Below are positions 44,845 through 53,723 of a stretch of DNA of 63,822 bases, piece after piece. The position numbers were made by a program, and so were the translations under genes. Every line of letters starts with the position of its first letter. The first letter of the stretch is position 1. The notes under the pieces are model-generated. The model was not told the DNA's origin. It made no database searches and saw nothing but the letters and a program-made list of their open reading frames with translations. Source of the stretch: Candidatus Acetothermia bacterium (lineage in GTDB: Bacteria > Bipolaricaulota > Bipolaricaulia > RBG-16-55-9 > DRXL01); assembly GCA_022683945.1 (NCBI GenBank), contig JAJHSH010000027.1, positions 1-63,822 of the forward strand, given 5' to 3'.

Positions 44845-46005
44845 ATGTGGCTCGATCTCGCTTTGTTGGCGCTCAAGAACCTCCGTCGCCGCAAGGCACG
44901 CAGCGCCCTGACGCTCACGGGGATCGCCGTAGGCATGGCCGCCGTCGTCGCGCTCTGGGCGCTCAGCTTGGGAGCGCAACGCTCTTTAGAAGCGCAGTTC
45001 GCCAAGCTCGGCGCCGATGTTATTCTGGTCATTCCCGTCAGCCCCGCCCAACAGCCCAAGCCCGCCAAGATAAATATAACTCTCTTGAGCGCGCTGCCGG
45101 GAGTCGAGAGCGTCACGGCGATCCGGCGCGAGGTGCTTCCCGTGCAGAGCACAGTTACCCTAGGCTTTCTTACCGTTGTGGGCGTTGGCACAACCGGTCA
45201 GCCGCCTCGTCTATGGGGCGGGCTGGAGCTTGCGCAGGGCCGGATTTTCGCGCTTAACCATGATGAACTGATCTTAGGAGCCGAAGCCGCACGCGAGCTA
45301 AAGCTCGGTCTCGACGAGACCGTTCATATTCACCAACGCCCCTTTCGCATCGTGGGCCTCTTAAAGCCTACGGGTACGGTTCAAGACGATCACGCGCTCT
45401 ATCTGGATCTAGAAAGACTCGAAGAACTCGTAGAAGAGAAAGGCTTGATCTCGCTCGTCTCGGTGCAGGCCTCTTCAGAGACAGACGTGACCGAGTTGAC
45501 CCAAGAGATTCAGAGAGTTCTGCGCAGCGCACCCTCACAAGAGTTCTTGGTGCAGTCCTCTGAGCACCTTCGCGCTCTGGTCAGCAATGCGCTGGGGCTG
45601 GTTCGCTGGGTTTTGGGAGCGATTGCGGGGATCTCTCTTTTAGTGGGCGGGATCGGCCTGGCCAATACGATGCTGATGGCCGTGCTGGAGCGCACGCACG
45701 AGATCGGGATTCTGAAAGCCATAGGCGCGAAACGGCGTCATATTCTGAGGCTCTTTCTCTTTGAATCTGGGCTCTTAGGGTTCTTAGGAGGGCTGGCGGG
45801 CCTGGTCGTTGGGGGAGCGCTCGCGCAGTCTGTGGCTCTCCTGACGGGAGAGGCTCTGGGGTCGGAAGCGTTCAGCGCGGCACTCGATCTCTCTTTAATG
45901 ATAGGCGCACTGCTCTTTGCGACTCTTCTGGGAGTGATCGCTGGACTCTGGCCCGCGTGGCGTGCGGCCCGGCTCGATCCCGCAGAAGCGCTGCGCTATG
46001 AGTAA
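44845..46005 (+). CDS. FtsX/MacB-type ABC transporter permease (386 aa), no adjacent ATPase
   Basis: N-terminus LALKNLRRRKARSALTLTGIAVGMAAVVAL, a periplasmic MacB_PCD-like region, and a C-terminal FtsX 3-TM bundle (RTHEIGILKAIGAKRRHI). Confidence 0.85.
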   Translation: MWLDLALLALKNLRRRKARSALTLTGIAVGMAAVVALWALSLGAQRSLEAQFAKLGADVILVIPVSPAQQPKPAKINITLLSALPGVESVTAIRREVLPVQSTVTLGFLTVVGVGTTGQPPRLWGGLELAQGRIFALNHDELILGAEAARELKLGLDETVHIHQRPFRIVGLLKPTGTVQDDHALYLDLERLEELVEEKGLISLVSVQASSETDVTELTQEIQRVLRSAPSQEFLVQSSEHLRALVSNALGLVRWVLGAIAGISLLVGGIGLANTMLMAVLERTHEIGILKAIGAKRRHILRLFLFESGLLGFLGGLAGLVVGGALAQSVALLTGEALGSEAFSAALDLSLMIGALLFATLLGVIAGLWPAWRAARLDPAEALRYE

Positions 46006-46007
46006 AT

Positions 46008-46051
46008 CCCCCCTCTCCCTCCAATAGAGGGAGAGGGATGGGGTGAGGGTG
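46008..46051. repeat. family A palindromic repeat, left outer arm missing
   Basis: cccccctctccctccaatagagggagagggatggggtgagggtg. Confidence 0.8.
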
Positions 46052-46052
46052 A

Positions 46053-46673
46053 TCACAGCCCCAACAAGAACGGGATCAGAAAGAATAACAGAATATTAAA
46101 GAAGAGAAACTGCAAGAGCAACAGCAACGAAGCAAAGGGATTGGGCTGCGCCGGCAGTGTCTCCCCCGTCAGCGAGAAGACCGCCGATTGTTGGCCATAG
46201 TGAATTCTAAAGGGCTTGCTCAGATCCAGCCCATCGTTGAGCAATAGAATCCCCGCGCTCACCGCGCCGGATTCGAACCTACCCGCTTGAAAGTCGGGCG
46301 TTATTTTGACCATCATCTGTTCGGAGAGCAAGAAGCGTGCTAAATTTTGGGAGAACTGTATTCTAAGAGGATCGAAGGTTGAAGCTTTCGCTGGGGCGAG
46401 CAGCGTCAAGAGCGCTCGCTTATGGAGATACGGCGCGACGGCTTGCTTGAGTTCGGGCTTCAGTTGGCTTTGCATCGTCTTCTCGTTGACATAGATAAAC
46501 GCTAAAATAAACTGATTCTCCCCTTCGGTGACAAAGAGGGTAGCTAAGAAATTAGGGTGGAGCCCGGTCCTTTGGGCGATCTGTTGCTTCGCCAGTTCTT
46601 CGATGGCGCTCTGACCGAAGGCGGGCGCTGCGAGCGCCAAAACGAGAGCCACCGCGAAAAAGCTTTTGCGCAT
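46053..46673 (-). CDS. hypothetical exported protein with a C-terminal hydrophobic anchor (206 aa)
   Basis: Signal peptide MRKSFFAVALVLALAAPAFG and a C-terminal LLLLLQFLFFNILLFFLIPFLLGL. No recognised domain. Confidence 0.55.
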   Translation of the reverse strand: MRKSFFAVALVLALAAPAFGQSAIEELAKQQIAQRTGLHPNFLATLFVTEGENQFILAFIYVNEKTMQSQLKPELKQAVAPYLHKRALLTLLAPAKASTFDPLRIQFSQNLARFLLSEQMMVKITPDFQAGRFESGAVSAGILLLNDGLDLSKPFRIHYGQQSAVFSLTGETLPAQPNPFASLLLLLQFLFFNILLFFLIPFLLGL

Positions 46674-46730
46674 AGAAGACCTCCCTTCTCTCTCTCCTGG
46701 CCGGTGAATTCATTTACCGGCTTACTCGTA

Positions 46731-46760
46731 GTGTAGGGGCGAGGTTACTCGCCCCTACAC
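46731..46760. repeat. family C hairpin
   Basis: gtgtaggggcgaggttactcgcccctacac, lying between the mini-ORF and the 206-aa gene. A second small hairpin, ccggt...accgg, lies at 46701-46720. Confidence 0.6.
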
Positions 46761-46776
46761 ATCAATCCATCTCAAA

Positions 46777-46872
46777 TCAGCTTCCGGCCCCGGCCAAGAA
46801 GATGATCAAGGCCGTCAAGAAGATCAGCCAGAACGCGAAGAGGAAGACCAGCACCGGATCAAGGATGATCAT
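46777..46872 (-). CDS. 31-codon hydrophobic mini-ORF (MIILDPVLVFLFAFWLIFLTALIIFLAGAGS)
   Basis: Not in the ORF track because it is too short. AGGAGGT lies 8 nt upstream of the ATG, a near-consensus promoter lies at 46910-46938, and the product is a single predicted TM helix. Confidence 0.4.
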   Translation of the reverse strand: MIILDPVLVFLFAFWLIFLTALIIFLAGAGS

Positions 46873-46909
46873 GGGTCACTACCTCCTGTGCCTTTTGCGA
46901 GATAGTTGG

Positions 46910-46938
46910 ATTATAGCACTGAAGAGCGAGAAAGACAA
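46910..46938 (-). promoter_or_regulatory. sigma70 promoter (extended -10) for the mini-ORF and 206-aa gene
   Basis: On the minus strand, TTGTCT (46938-46933), 17-nt spacer, TGC-TATAAT (TATAAT at 46915-46910). Confidence 0.5.
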
Positions 46939-47118
46939 GGGCTTTTTGTGATTTTCACCACTTTTCCACCTGACGGGTATCTTCGATCCTAGACTTGCAT
47001 AGCAAAACCAGGTAGCATAGTAGCATAGCAGGGTGATTGTCTGTCGCCCTAACTCTGCTTGCCGAGGCTACAAGTTGTTTTAGCCGAGGTCTTTTGAATG
47101 CTCAAGGAGGGGTAAATT

Positions 47119-49317
47119 ATGCGTCTTCTGGTGGTCGTCGTTGGGGTTGTGCTCGTCGCGAGCGGCGCTGTCGCAGCCAAGGAGCTGAAGGTCACCAACT
47201 CGGCGGATTTCGTCAATTGTGCTGCCGGTGTCGCTCTGACTGGCGGCCCGGACGTGGGCCAGGTCGCTCTTGCCGGTGATACGTGCGTCGTTCAGCCCGG
47301 AGGGTACATAGGCGTCGTTATCGTAACGGTACAGAACTTAAAGCTCTTAGCCAACATCGGGGCGAGTCTGAACGGGCGGATCGTCATCCAAGCCAACGGC
47401 GTCCAGATAGGGGCCGCTGGGCAGGGCTTTACGATCAATGACACCGTAGGCCCGGCGGGGATCGACATCCAAGCGGCTCAAGATGTCGTCATCGAAGAGA
47501 ACGTTGTTGCTTCTACTGCTGGCCCGGCGATCCGCTCCAGCGGTGCGGGCGATCTGCGCAACGTGCGCCTGCTCAATAATCAGTTGCGCAGCACCGTAGC
47601 CAATGGGCTGCACTTTATGCACACGGGCGCTTTGGAAGATCTCGTCATCGCTAACAGCACATTAGAGACCAACGGCGGCGCGGGGATCGTCTTCGGCGCT
47701 CCCGTCAACCGTGCTCGCAAGCTCTCTCTAAGCAATAATCGCATCAACAGCAATACAGCCGACGGGATCATATTTATTAATAACAGTAGCGTCGAAGAGT
47801 TGGAGATCGCACGCAACACCATCCGTGGCAATACAGTGGGAGTGCAAGTGAGCAACGGTGGGGGTGTCAGCAGGGTCGCGTTCTCCGGCAATACGATCTC
47901 GGCCAATCAGTTTTTCAATGTGCTCTTCGCCAACGCGGGCTTTCTCGAAGACCTCTCGTTCGAGGGCGATGAGCTGGGCACAACAACGATGATGGGCGGC
48001 GCCGGGGTCTTCATGGTGAACGGGGGCGTCGCTGAACGTCTCGAATTTAAGAACGTGCTTATCGAGCGCAATCGCGGTCACGGACTCCGGGTGCAGAACG
48101 CCGGCCGCCTGCGCGAACTGCAATTTATCGGCGGGCGCATCCGTAATAATGCCGGACATAACGTCTTCATTCAGCACAGTCTAGGGGGCACCGACTTCGG
48201 CGTCTCCCATATACTCTTTCAAGACGTGGTCATCGAACAAGCCGACGACAACGGAGTTCGCATTCTGACAAACACCGCCGAGATCGGCCCGTTGATCTTC
48301 AAGAACGTGCTCTTGGCCAAGAACGGCGCTTTGGGAATCTGCGTGCGCACGACGACGGGCACGCTAGGAAATATCTCCATAGAGAACTCGACGGTGAGGG
48401 AGAGTCAGGGAGGGTTGGGAACGACCGCGTGCGATCTGGCTCCCCAAGCCGCCGGCTCCGGCGTCGAGATTCTCACGCTGGGCAATACCCCTGTCAGCAA
48501 TATAAGTGTTCGTGAGAGCCTCTTCACCAACAACGGGGGCTTCGGGCTGCGCCTGCAGGCGCTGGGCAACGACCGAGTTACGAATATCGCGATTCAGAAC
48601 AGTCGCTTTGAGCAGAACGGCACGCGCGCGGCCTTGGGACAAGGCTCCGGCGTGAGCATTCGCGGCGAGATCGTTCAGGATATCACGGTCAATCCGACGA
48701 TAGCGAACGACAACAACGACCACGGAATCGAGATCAGCGCCCCGCGAGATATTCTCAACGTCTCGATCACCGGCGGAGAATTCTCCAATAACGACAGAAA
48801 CAACGACAACGTCGGCTCGGGGATCTCCGTCAGCGCCAACGAAGACGTGCTTAATCTCGCAGTTGCGAAAGTGAAGCTCTCAGAGAACGCGCATGGGCTG
48901 CGCGTCCAGGCCGATAAGCTCACCAACGGGCAGATCGCCCAGAGTGAAATTCTTAATAATCGACAAGCGGGCGTTCAAGCGGTCATCCCAACTCTAGGCG
49001 AGCTCGACGCGACCAACAACTATTGGGGCAGCCCGTCGGGTCCGAGCGCCCCTAACGGCTGCAGTGGTCAAGCCGACTGCACCCCGTTCTTGAGCACCCT
49101 GCCAGGCGGTCCTACGCCTCCTACACCACCACCGCCTCCTCCGCCACCACCGGGGAACTTCATCGCTTGTGCTGCCGGAACGGAGAACAAGATAGATGAC
49201 ATCAAAATATTGGGGATCATTGACGCTTGGATCAAGGGGCAAGGGTATCAGACCTGCGGAGTACCCAGCGATAGCGACGTCTTGCAGGCGCTGAGCCGAT
49301 GGATCAGCAGAGGTTAG
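47119..49317 (+). CDS. right-handed parallel beta-helix (PbH1) repeat surface protein (732 aa)
   Basis: Signal peptide, then more than 15 degenerate repeats of about 23 aa of the form N.I..N...G(I/V). A PTPPTPPPPPPPPPG linker and a C-terminal module of about 55 aa follow. Confidence 0.8.
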   Translation: MRLLVVVVGVVLVASGAVAAKELKVTNSADFVNCAAGVALTGGPDVGQVALAGDTCVVQPGGYIGVVIVTVQNLKLLANIGASLNGRIVIQANGVQIGAAGQGFTINDTVGPAGIDIQAAQDVVIEENVVASTAGPAIRSSGAGDLRNVRLLNNQLRSTVANGLHFMHTGALEDLVIANSTLETNGGAGIVFGAPVNRARKLSLSNNRINSNTADGIIFINNSSVEELEIARNTIRGNTVGVQVSNGGGVSRVAFSGNTISANQFFNVLFANAGFLEDLSFEGDELGTTTMMGGAGVFMVNGGVAERLEFKNVLIERNRGHGLRVQNAGRLRELQFIGGRIRNNAGHNVFIQHSLGGTDFGVSHILFQDVVIEQADDNGVRILTNTAEIGPLIFKNVLLAKNGALGICVRTTTGTLGNISIENSTVRESQGGLGTTACDLAPQAAGSGVEILTLGNTPVSNISVRESLFTNNGGFGLRLQALGNDRVTNIAIQNSRFEQNGTRAALGQGSGVSIRGEIVQDITVNPTIANDNNDHGIEISAPRDILNVSITGGEFSNNDRNNDNVGSGISVSANEDVLNLAVAKVKLSENAHGLRVQADKLTNGQIAQSEILNNRQAGVQAVIPTLGELDATNNYWGSPSGPSAPNGCSGQADCTPFLSTLPGGPTPPTPPPPPPPPPGNFIACAAGTENKIDDIKILGIIDAWIKGQGYQTCGVPSDSDVLQALSRWISRG

Positions 49318-49400
49318 AAGATTCCCGCTGGGCGGAACGGGGCAGTCCCGGCAACATCAACAGGCTTGCCCCATAGAGGCGGACAGGGTAGGATAGCACT

Positions 49401-51728
49401 ATGGCGATCCCCCTGTCCGCTCGTTTGCGAAAAGTCTTACAGTTAGAGGAACAGCAGAGCTATCAAGATCGTGCCGTCCTCGGCGGTCTGGAGGGTTTTG
49501 TCCATAAATTTGCCGAGGAGCTGCGCGCGACCCACCCGGAGATCTCCCAGAGGCTCAGAAACGTCTCGCGGGGCTATGCGATCCGGCCCGTCGAGGCCCG
49601 CCGCGCGGTCGTGCGCGCTCTCGAAGATCTTCTGCGTCTTTTAGAAGCGACCCTCACCATAGAAGAGAGAAGCAGAATCCCGCCGGGTGAAGATCTGCAC
49701 GCCCCGGTGCGCTTCGCCAAGGGCGTCGGCCCCGAACGAGAGAGATTACTGAAAAAATTGGGCATCGAAACGATAGAAGACCTCTTGATGTACTTTCCCC
49801 GCAAGATAGAAGACCGCTCTGTCAAGAAGAAGATCATTCAGTTGCGCCACGGCGATAGAGTCACGGTGCAGGGGCGCGTCCGCGCCGTAGATCTGATCAA
49901 ACCCAAAAATAATCTGGAGATCGTCAAAGCGGCTATTCAAGAGAATACGGGGATCCTCTACGCGATCTGGTTCAACCAATCGTGGGTGAAGAATCAGTTG
50001 GTGCAGGGCGAGCTGATCTCGCTCTACGGCACCGTCGAGAGCACACACGGGCAGCTCCAGATGAACAGCCCCGTCTGGGAGCCGGCGACGGTGAATTTTC
50101 TCACCGGGCGACTGGTGCCCGTCTATCCCGCTACTGAAAAGCTCTCCCCACAGATGCTCTCCAGACTCATTCGCAATAATCTCTCGCTCTACGGCCCCCA
50201 TCTGAAAGAGCTGATCCCCGAAGAGATACGCCAACGGCAGCAGGTGCTCTCACGCGCCAAAGCTTTTGAGCAGCTGCACTTCCCCCAGCGCATAGAAGAG
50301 TATCAGCAGGCACATCGCGCGCTGGCGTTTGAGGAGCTCTTACTCTTTCAGATCGGCGTAGCGTTAGAGCGAGCCAAGACGGGCGCGCGGCCGGGGCGGT
50401 GCTTGACGATCTCAGACGAGCGTTTGGAAGAGTTTTTCGCGGTGCTGCCCTTCAAACTTACGCGCGCGCAACAGCGTGCAATCTCTGAGATCAGAACTGA
50501 TTTGGCTGCCCCGCACCCGATGAATCGTCTGCTTCAGGGAGATGTGGGCTCCGGCAAGACCGTCGTAGCGACAGCAGCAGCGCTGATCGCTATTGCTTCG
50601 GGGTATCAAGTGGCGCTGATGGCCCCGACGGAGATCTTAGCGCAGCAACATTTCCTCAAAATTACGGAGCTGTCGGCGCGACTCTTGCCGCCGCCGCGGG
50701 TCGTCTTGCTCGTGGGGAGCATGGCCGAGCGCGAAAGAGTTCGCCTGCGCGGGCAGATCGCGCGCGGCGACGCCGACTTCGTCATCGGTACGCACGCACT
50801 TATTCAAGAAGACGTCCGGTTCAAAGATCTGGGACTGGCTGTCATTGATGAACAGCATAGATTTGGAGTGATCCAGCGGGCACAATTGGAACAGAAGGGC
50901 GAGAATTTAGATATTCTCGTGATGAGCGCCACGCCCATCCCCCGGACGATCACCCTGACGCTCTACGGGCAGTTTGAAGTCTCTCTCTTAGATGAGCTGC
51001 CCTTTGCCAAAGAGATTCAGACCTACTGGGTCTCAGAGGAGCGGCGCGACCAAGTCTATGAATTCGTCGTGAGTGAGTTAAAGCAGGGCGCGCAAGCGTA
51101 TATCGTCTTCCCCCTGATCGAAGAGTCCGAAGAGCTGGATCTGAAAGCAGCGAAGAGCGCGAAAGAAGAACTAGAGCAGACGTTCTTTAAGAACTTTCGC
51201 GTGGGGCTGCTCCACGGGCGCATGAGCGATGCAGAGAAACAGAAGACGATGGAGCAGTTGCGCGCCCGGGAACTGGATCTGCTGGTGAGCACGACGATCA
51301 TCGAAGTGGGGATTGACATCCCCAACGCGACGGTGATGGTGATCGAGCACGCGGACAGATTCGGGCTGGCGCAGTTGCATCAATTGCGCGGGCGGATCGG
51401 GCGGGCGGGCCAGAAGTCTTATTGCTTTGCGATTGCTACTCCGCAGAGCGAAGAGGGGCGCGAACGCTTGCGCGTCTTTCAAGCGACGCTGGACGGGTTT
51501 GAGATCGCCGAGGCCGATCTACGCATTCGCGGGCCGGGGGAACTGCTGGGCATAGCGCAGCATGGGTTGGATAGCACGTTCAAAGTAGCCGATCTCATTG
51601 CGGACTTAGATTTGATGAAAGCCGCGCGCGAGGAGGCGTTCCACCTGATCGCTCAAAACTCCGATCACCCACTGGTGGCCGAGTTCCAGCGTCGTTTCGG
51701 GGGCAAATTCGAGCTGGCGCGGGTATAA
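49401..51728 (+). CDS. recG: ATP-dependent DNA helicase RecG
   Basis: Wedge/OB region, LPFKLTRAQQRAI, GDVGSGKT, VIDEQHRFG, MSATPIPRT, HGRM and QLRGRIGRG. Confidence 0.95.
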   Translation: MAIPLSARLRKVLQLEEQQSYQDRAVLGGLEGFVHKFAEELRATHPEISQRLRNVSRGYAIRPVEARRAVVRALEDLLRLLEATLTIEERSRIPPGEDLHAPVRFAKGVGPERERLLKKLGIETIEDLLMYFPRKIEDRSVKKKIIQLRHGDRVTVQGRVRAVDLIKPKNNLEIVKAAIQENTGILYAIWFNQSWVKNQLVQGELISLYGTVESTHGQLQMNSPVWEPATVNFLTGRLVPVYPATEKLSPQMLSRLIRNNLSLYGPHLKELIPEEIRQRQQVLSRAKAFEQLHFPQRIEEYQQAHRALAFEELLLFQIGVALERAKTGARPGRCLTISDERLEEFFAVLPFKLTRAQQRAISEIRTDLAAPHPMNRLLQGDVGSGKTVVATAAALIAIASGYQVALMAPTEILAQQHFLKITELSARLLPPPRVVLLVGSMAERERVRLRGQIARGDADFVIGTHALIQEDVRFKDLGLAVIDEQHRFGVIQRAQLEQKGENLDILVMSATPIPRTITLTLYGQFEVSLLDELPFAKEIQTYWVSEERRDQVYEFVVSELKQGAQAYIVFPLIEESEELDLKAAKSAKEELEQTFFKNFRVGLLHGRMSDAEKQKTMEQLRARELDLLVSTTIIEVGIDIPNATVMVIEHADRFGLAQLHQLRGRIGRAGQKSYCFAIATPQSEEGRERLRVFQATLDGFEIAEADLRIRGPGELLGIAQHGLDSTFKVADLIADLDLMKAAREEAFHLIAQNSDHPLVAEFQRRFGGKFELARV

Positions 51729-52027
51729 TGAGCGCTATGATCACCCGCGAGGATGTGCTGCACATAGCTCAGTTGGCTAAGCTCAAGCTCAGCGAAGAAG
51801 AGATCGCGCTCTTTCAAGAACAATTGGGCAAGATCTTGGGGTATTTCAAAGAGCTAGAAAAGCTGGAGACTTCCGGCGTTCCGCCCATGACGCACGTCTT
51901 TGATCTCTCTAATATCTTGCGCTCCGATGAGCCGAGCTCTTCAATCTCTGTTGAAGAAGCCCTCAAGAACGCGCCTCGCAGTCGTGAGGGCTATTTTGAA
52001 GTCCCCAAAGTCGTCGAGAAAGAATAA
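51728..52027 (+). CDS. gatC: Asp/Glu-tRNA amidotransferase subunit C
   Basis: I.REDVLHIAQLAKLKLSEEEIALFQEQLGKILGYF..L. The start overlaps the recG stop (TAATG). Confidence 0.9.
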   Translation: MSAMITREDVLHIAQLAKLKLSEEEIALFQEQLGKILGYFKELEKLETSGVPPMTHVFDLSNILRSDEPSSSISVEEALKNAPRSREGYFEVPKVVEKE

Positions 52028-52064
52028 CCCTCACCCCAGCCCTCTCCCTAATAGGGAGAGGGTG
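52028..52064. repeat. family A palindromic repeat, right outer arm missing
   Basis: ccctcaccccagccctctccctaatagggagagggtg, directly after the gatC stop. Confidence 0.8.
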
Positions 52065-52066
52065 AT

Positions 52067-53695
52067 TTATCGCGTTACTTGGACCCGCCGCGCCGCGATG
52101 TTGTTGTCAAAGCGATCGAAATCTGTAAACTCGCGCAGAATGCGAACGGGATCTTGAAGATGACGCACACGCACTAAGAGCGCCCCGTGCGGCAGTTCGG
52201 TCGGTGGTAGCCAAGAGAAGTTCACCGTCACGGACTCGCCCGCACGAATCGAGACAAAGTGCCGGAACGTGTAGCCGTTCATGGGGTCGGAGTCGTCATC
52301 AACGGGATTCCAAGCGGGATTGGGCCACGTCCAGCCGCTCTCCAGAGTGTTGGCCCAGTAGAGCTCTACAACGGCCCCTTCAACATCGGTGAGGCCGCGA
52401 TTGTGCACGGTGACCAAGACGCGATTGACGACCCCGGCGAGAGGCTCTTCGTGGCTGCTCTCGCCAAAAGCCGCGCCCGTAGCGTTGAGGACGCCATAAG
52501 GCGGCGCGTCAACGCGAATGTCGGGGCTGAGACGCGCTTCTGAAGTAGGCGTGCTTCCGTTGTCTTCGGGACTGTCGCGCACGATCAGCTCGGCGAGCGC
52601 TTGCTCTAAGAGAAAGAGCGCCGCGGGGAGATTCTCTTCGAACGTCGGCAGAATTTGATCGGTGGAGAGAACAAAGCCGGGCTCGTTGGTGCGCGGGCGC
52701 AGCTCGACTAAGATAGAGAGCCCGCCCGTCACGCTATAGACCCAATCCCCAGAGACCCCGCCGGCGGGATAGGGGCAATCTAAACTGATCTGACAGGCAT
52801 CGTACTCTGCGCCGTGTACGTTTTTAATAAGCTGAGCCATCGTCTGGACAATTCTCGTATAGGCGAGCGCGTCGGAGGGCGGGCTGAGACGCATATCTTC
52901 GCTCAGAGGGACGGGCTGCAGCACGTCATAGGCCCACGGCGCGCCGATGATCTGCGAGTAGCTGTGATAGTCTACAAACGCTTTGAAGCGCCGGCGCGGG
53001 TCGGTCACCAACTTACGGATCGCTTGGGTTTCGGGCTCGGAGAAGGGCCCTGCGCCTCTATAAGTGAAGCTCTGTGGGTTGCGGCTGCCGCCGGCGCGCG
53101 AGTCCCACTGATAGCCCCAGTTGCGATTGGGATCTACCCCGAAGATATTATTGCTCAAATCTCTGCGGTTCTTGCGCCACAGACGGCAATAGAACTGCGG
53201 GGCCGTAGGACAGGGATCTGAACGGGTATATTCGTGACCGTCGGGATTGACCATGGGGACGATCCAGATCTCAAGATGATTGACCAATCTCTGCACTTGC
53301 GGGTCTGTCTCGTAATTCTCTAAGAGATATTTCGCTATCAAGAAGGGCACTTCGACGGAGATCCATTCGCGGGCGTGCTGCGCGCCGATGAAGAGCGCTT
53401 CCGGCTCTGTCAGATCTTCTGTTTGCGCATCGTCGCTGATTTTAATAGCCCAGATCTCGCGCCCTTCTATAGTCTGGCCCAGCGAGAGCACCTGGGCCAA
53501 GTGGGGGTATCGCTCGGCGAGCGCGAAGAGGTCGTCCTTGAGCGAGCGAAACTCCCAGACCCCAAAGCCCGCGATGTTCGTCTTGCCCGTGAAATCGTAG
53601 GCGTGATAGACCAACGGGGATTGGCTCTGAGCAGACGCGGTTGCTCCCAGCACCAAAACCGTCGTCAGTAAAAGCAGTGACAAGAGTTTTTTCAT
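52067..53695 (-). CDS. secreted M14-family zinc carboxypeptidase (542 aa)
   Basis: Signal peptide, IEGREIWAIKISDD, the HxxE site in GAQHAREWIS, MVNPDGHEY, and a C-terminal beta-rich domain. Confidence 0.85.
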   Translation of the reverse strand: MKKLLSLLLLTTVLVLGATASAQSQSPLVYHAYDFTGKTNIAGFGVWEFRSLKDDLFALAERYPHLAQVLSLGQTIEGREIWAIKISDDAQTEDLTEPEALFIGAQHAREWISVEVPFLIAKYLLENYETDPQVQRLVNHLEIWIVPMVNPDGHEYTRSDPCPTAPQFYCRLWRKNRRDLSNNIFGVDPNRNWGYQWDSRAGGSRNPQSFTYRGAGPFSEPETQAIRKLVTDPRRRFKAFVDYHSYSQIIGAPWAYDVLQPVPLSEDMRLSPPSDALAYTRIVQTMAQLIKNVHGAEYDACQISLDCPYPAGGVSGDWVYSVTGGLSILVELRPRTNEPGFVLSTDQILPTFEENLPAALFLLEQALAELIVRDSPEDNGSTPTSEARLSPDIRVDAPPYGVLNATGAAFGESSHEEPLAGVVNRVLVTVHNRGLTDVEGAVVELYWANTLESGWTWPNPAWNPVDDDSDPMNGYTFRHFVSIRAGESVTVNFSWLPPTELPHGALLVRVRHLQDPVRILREFTDFDRFDNNIAARRVQVTR

Positions 53696-53723
53696 AGCTC
53701 TCCTCCAGTGATCTGTAATTTTA

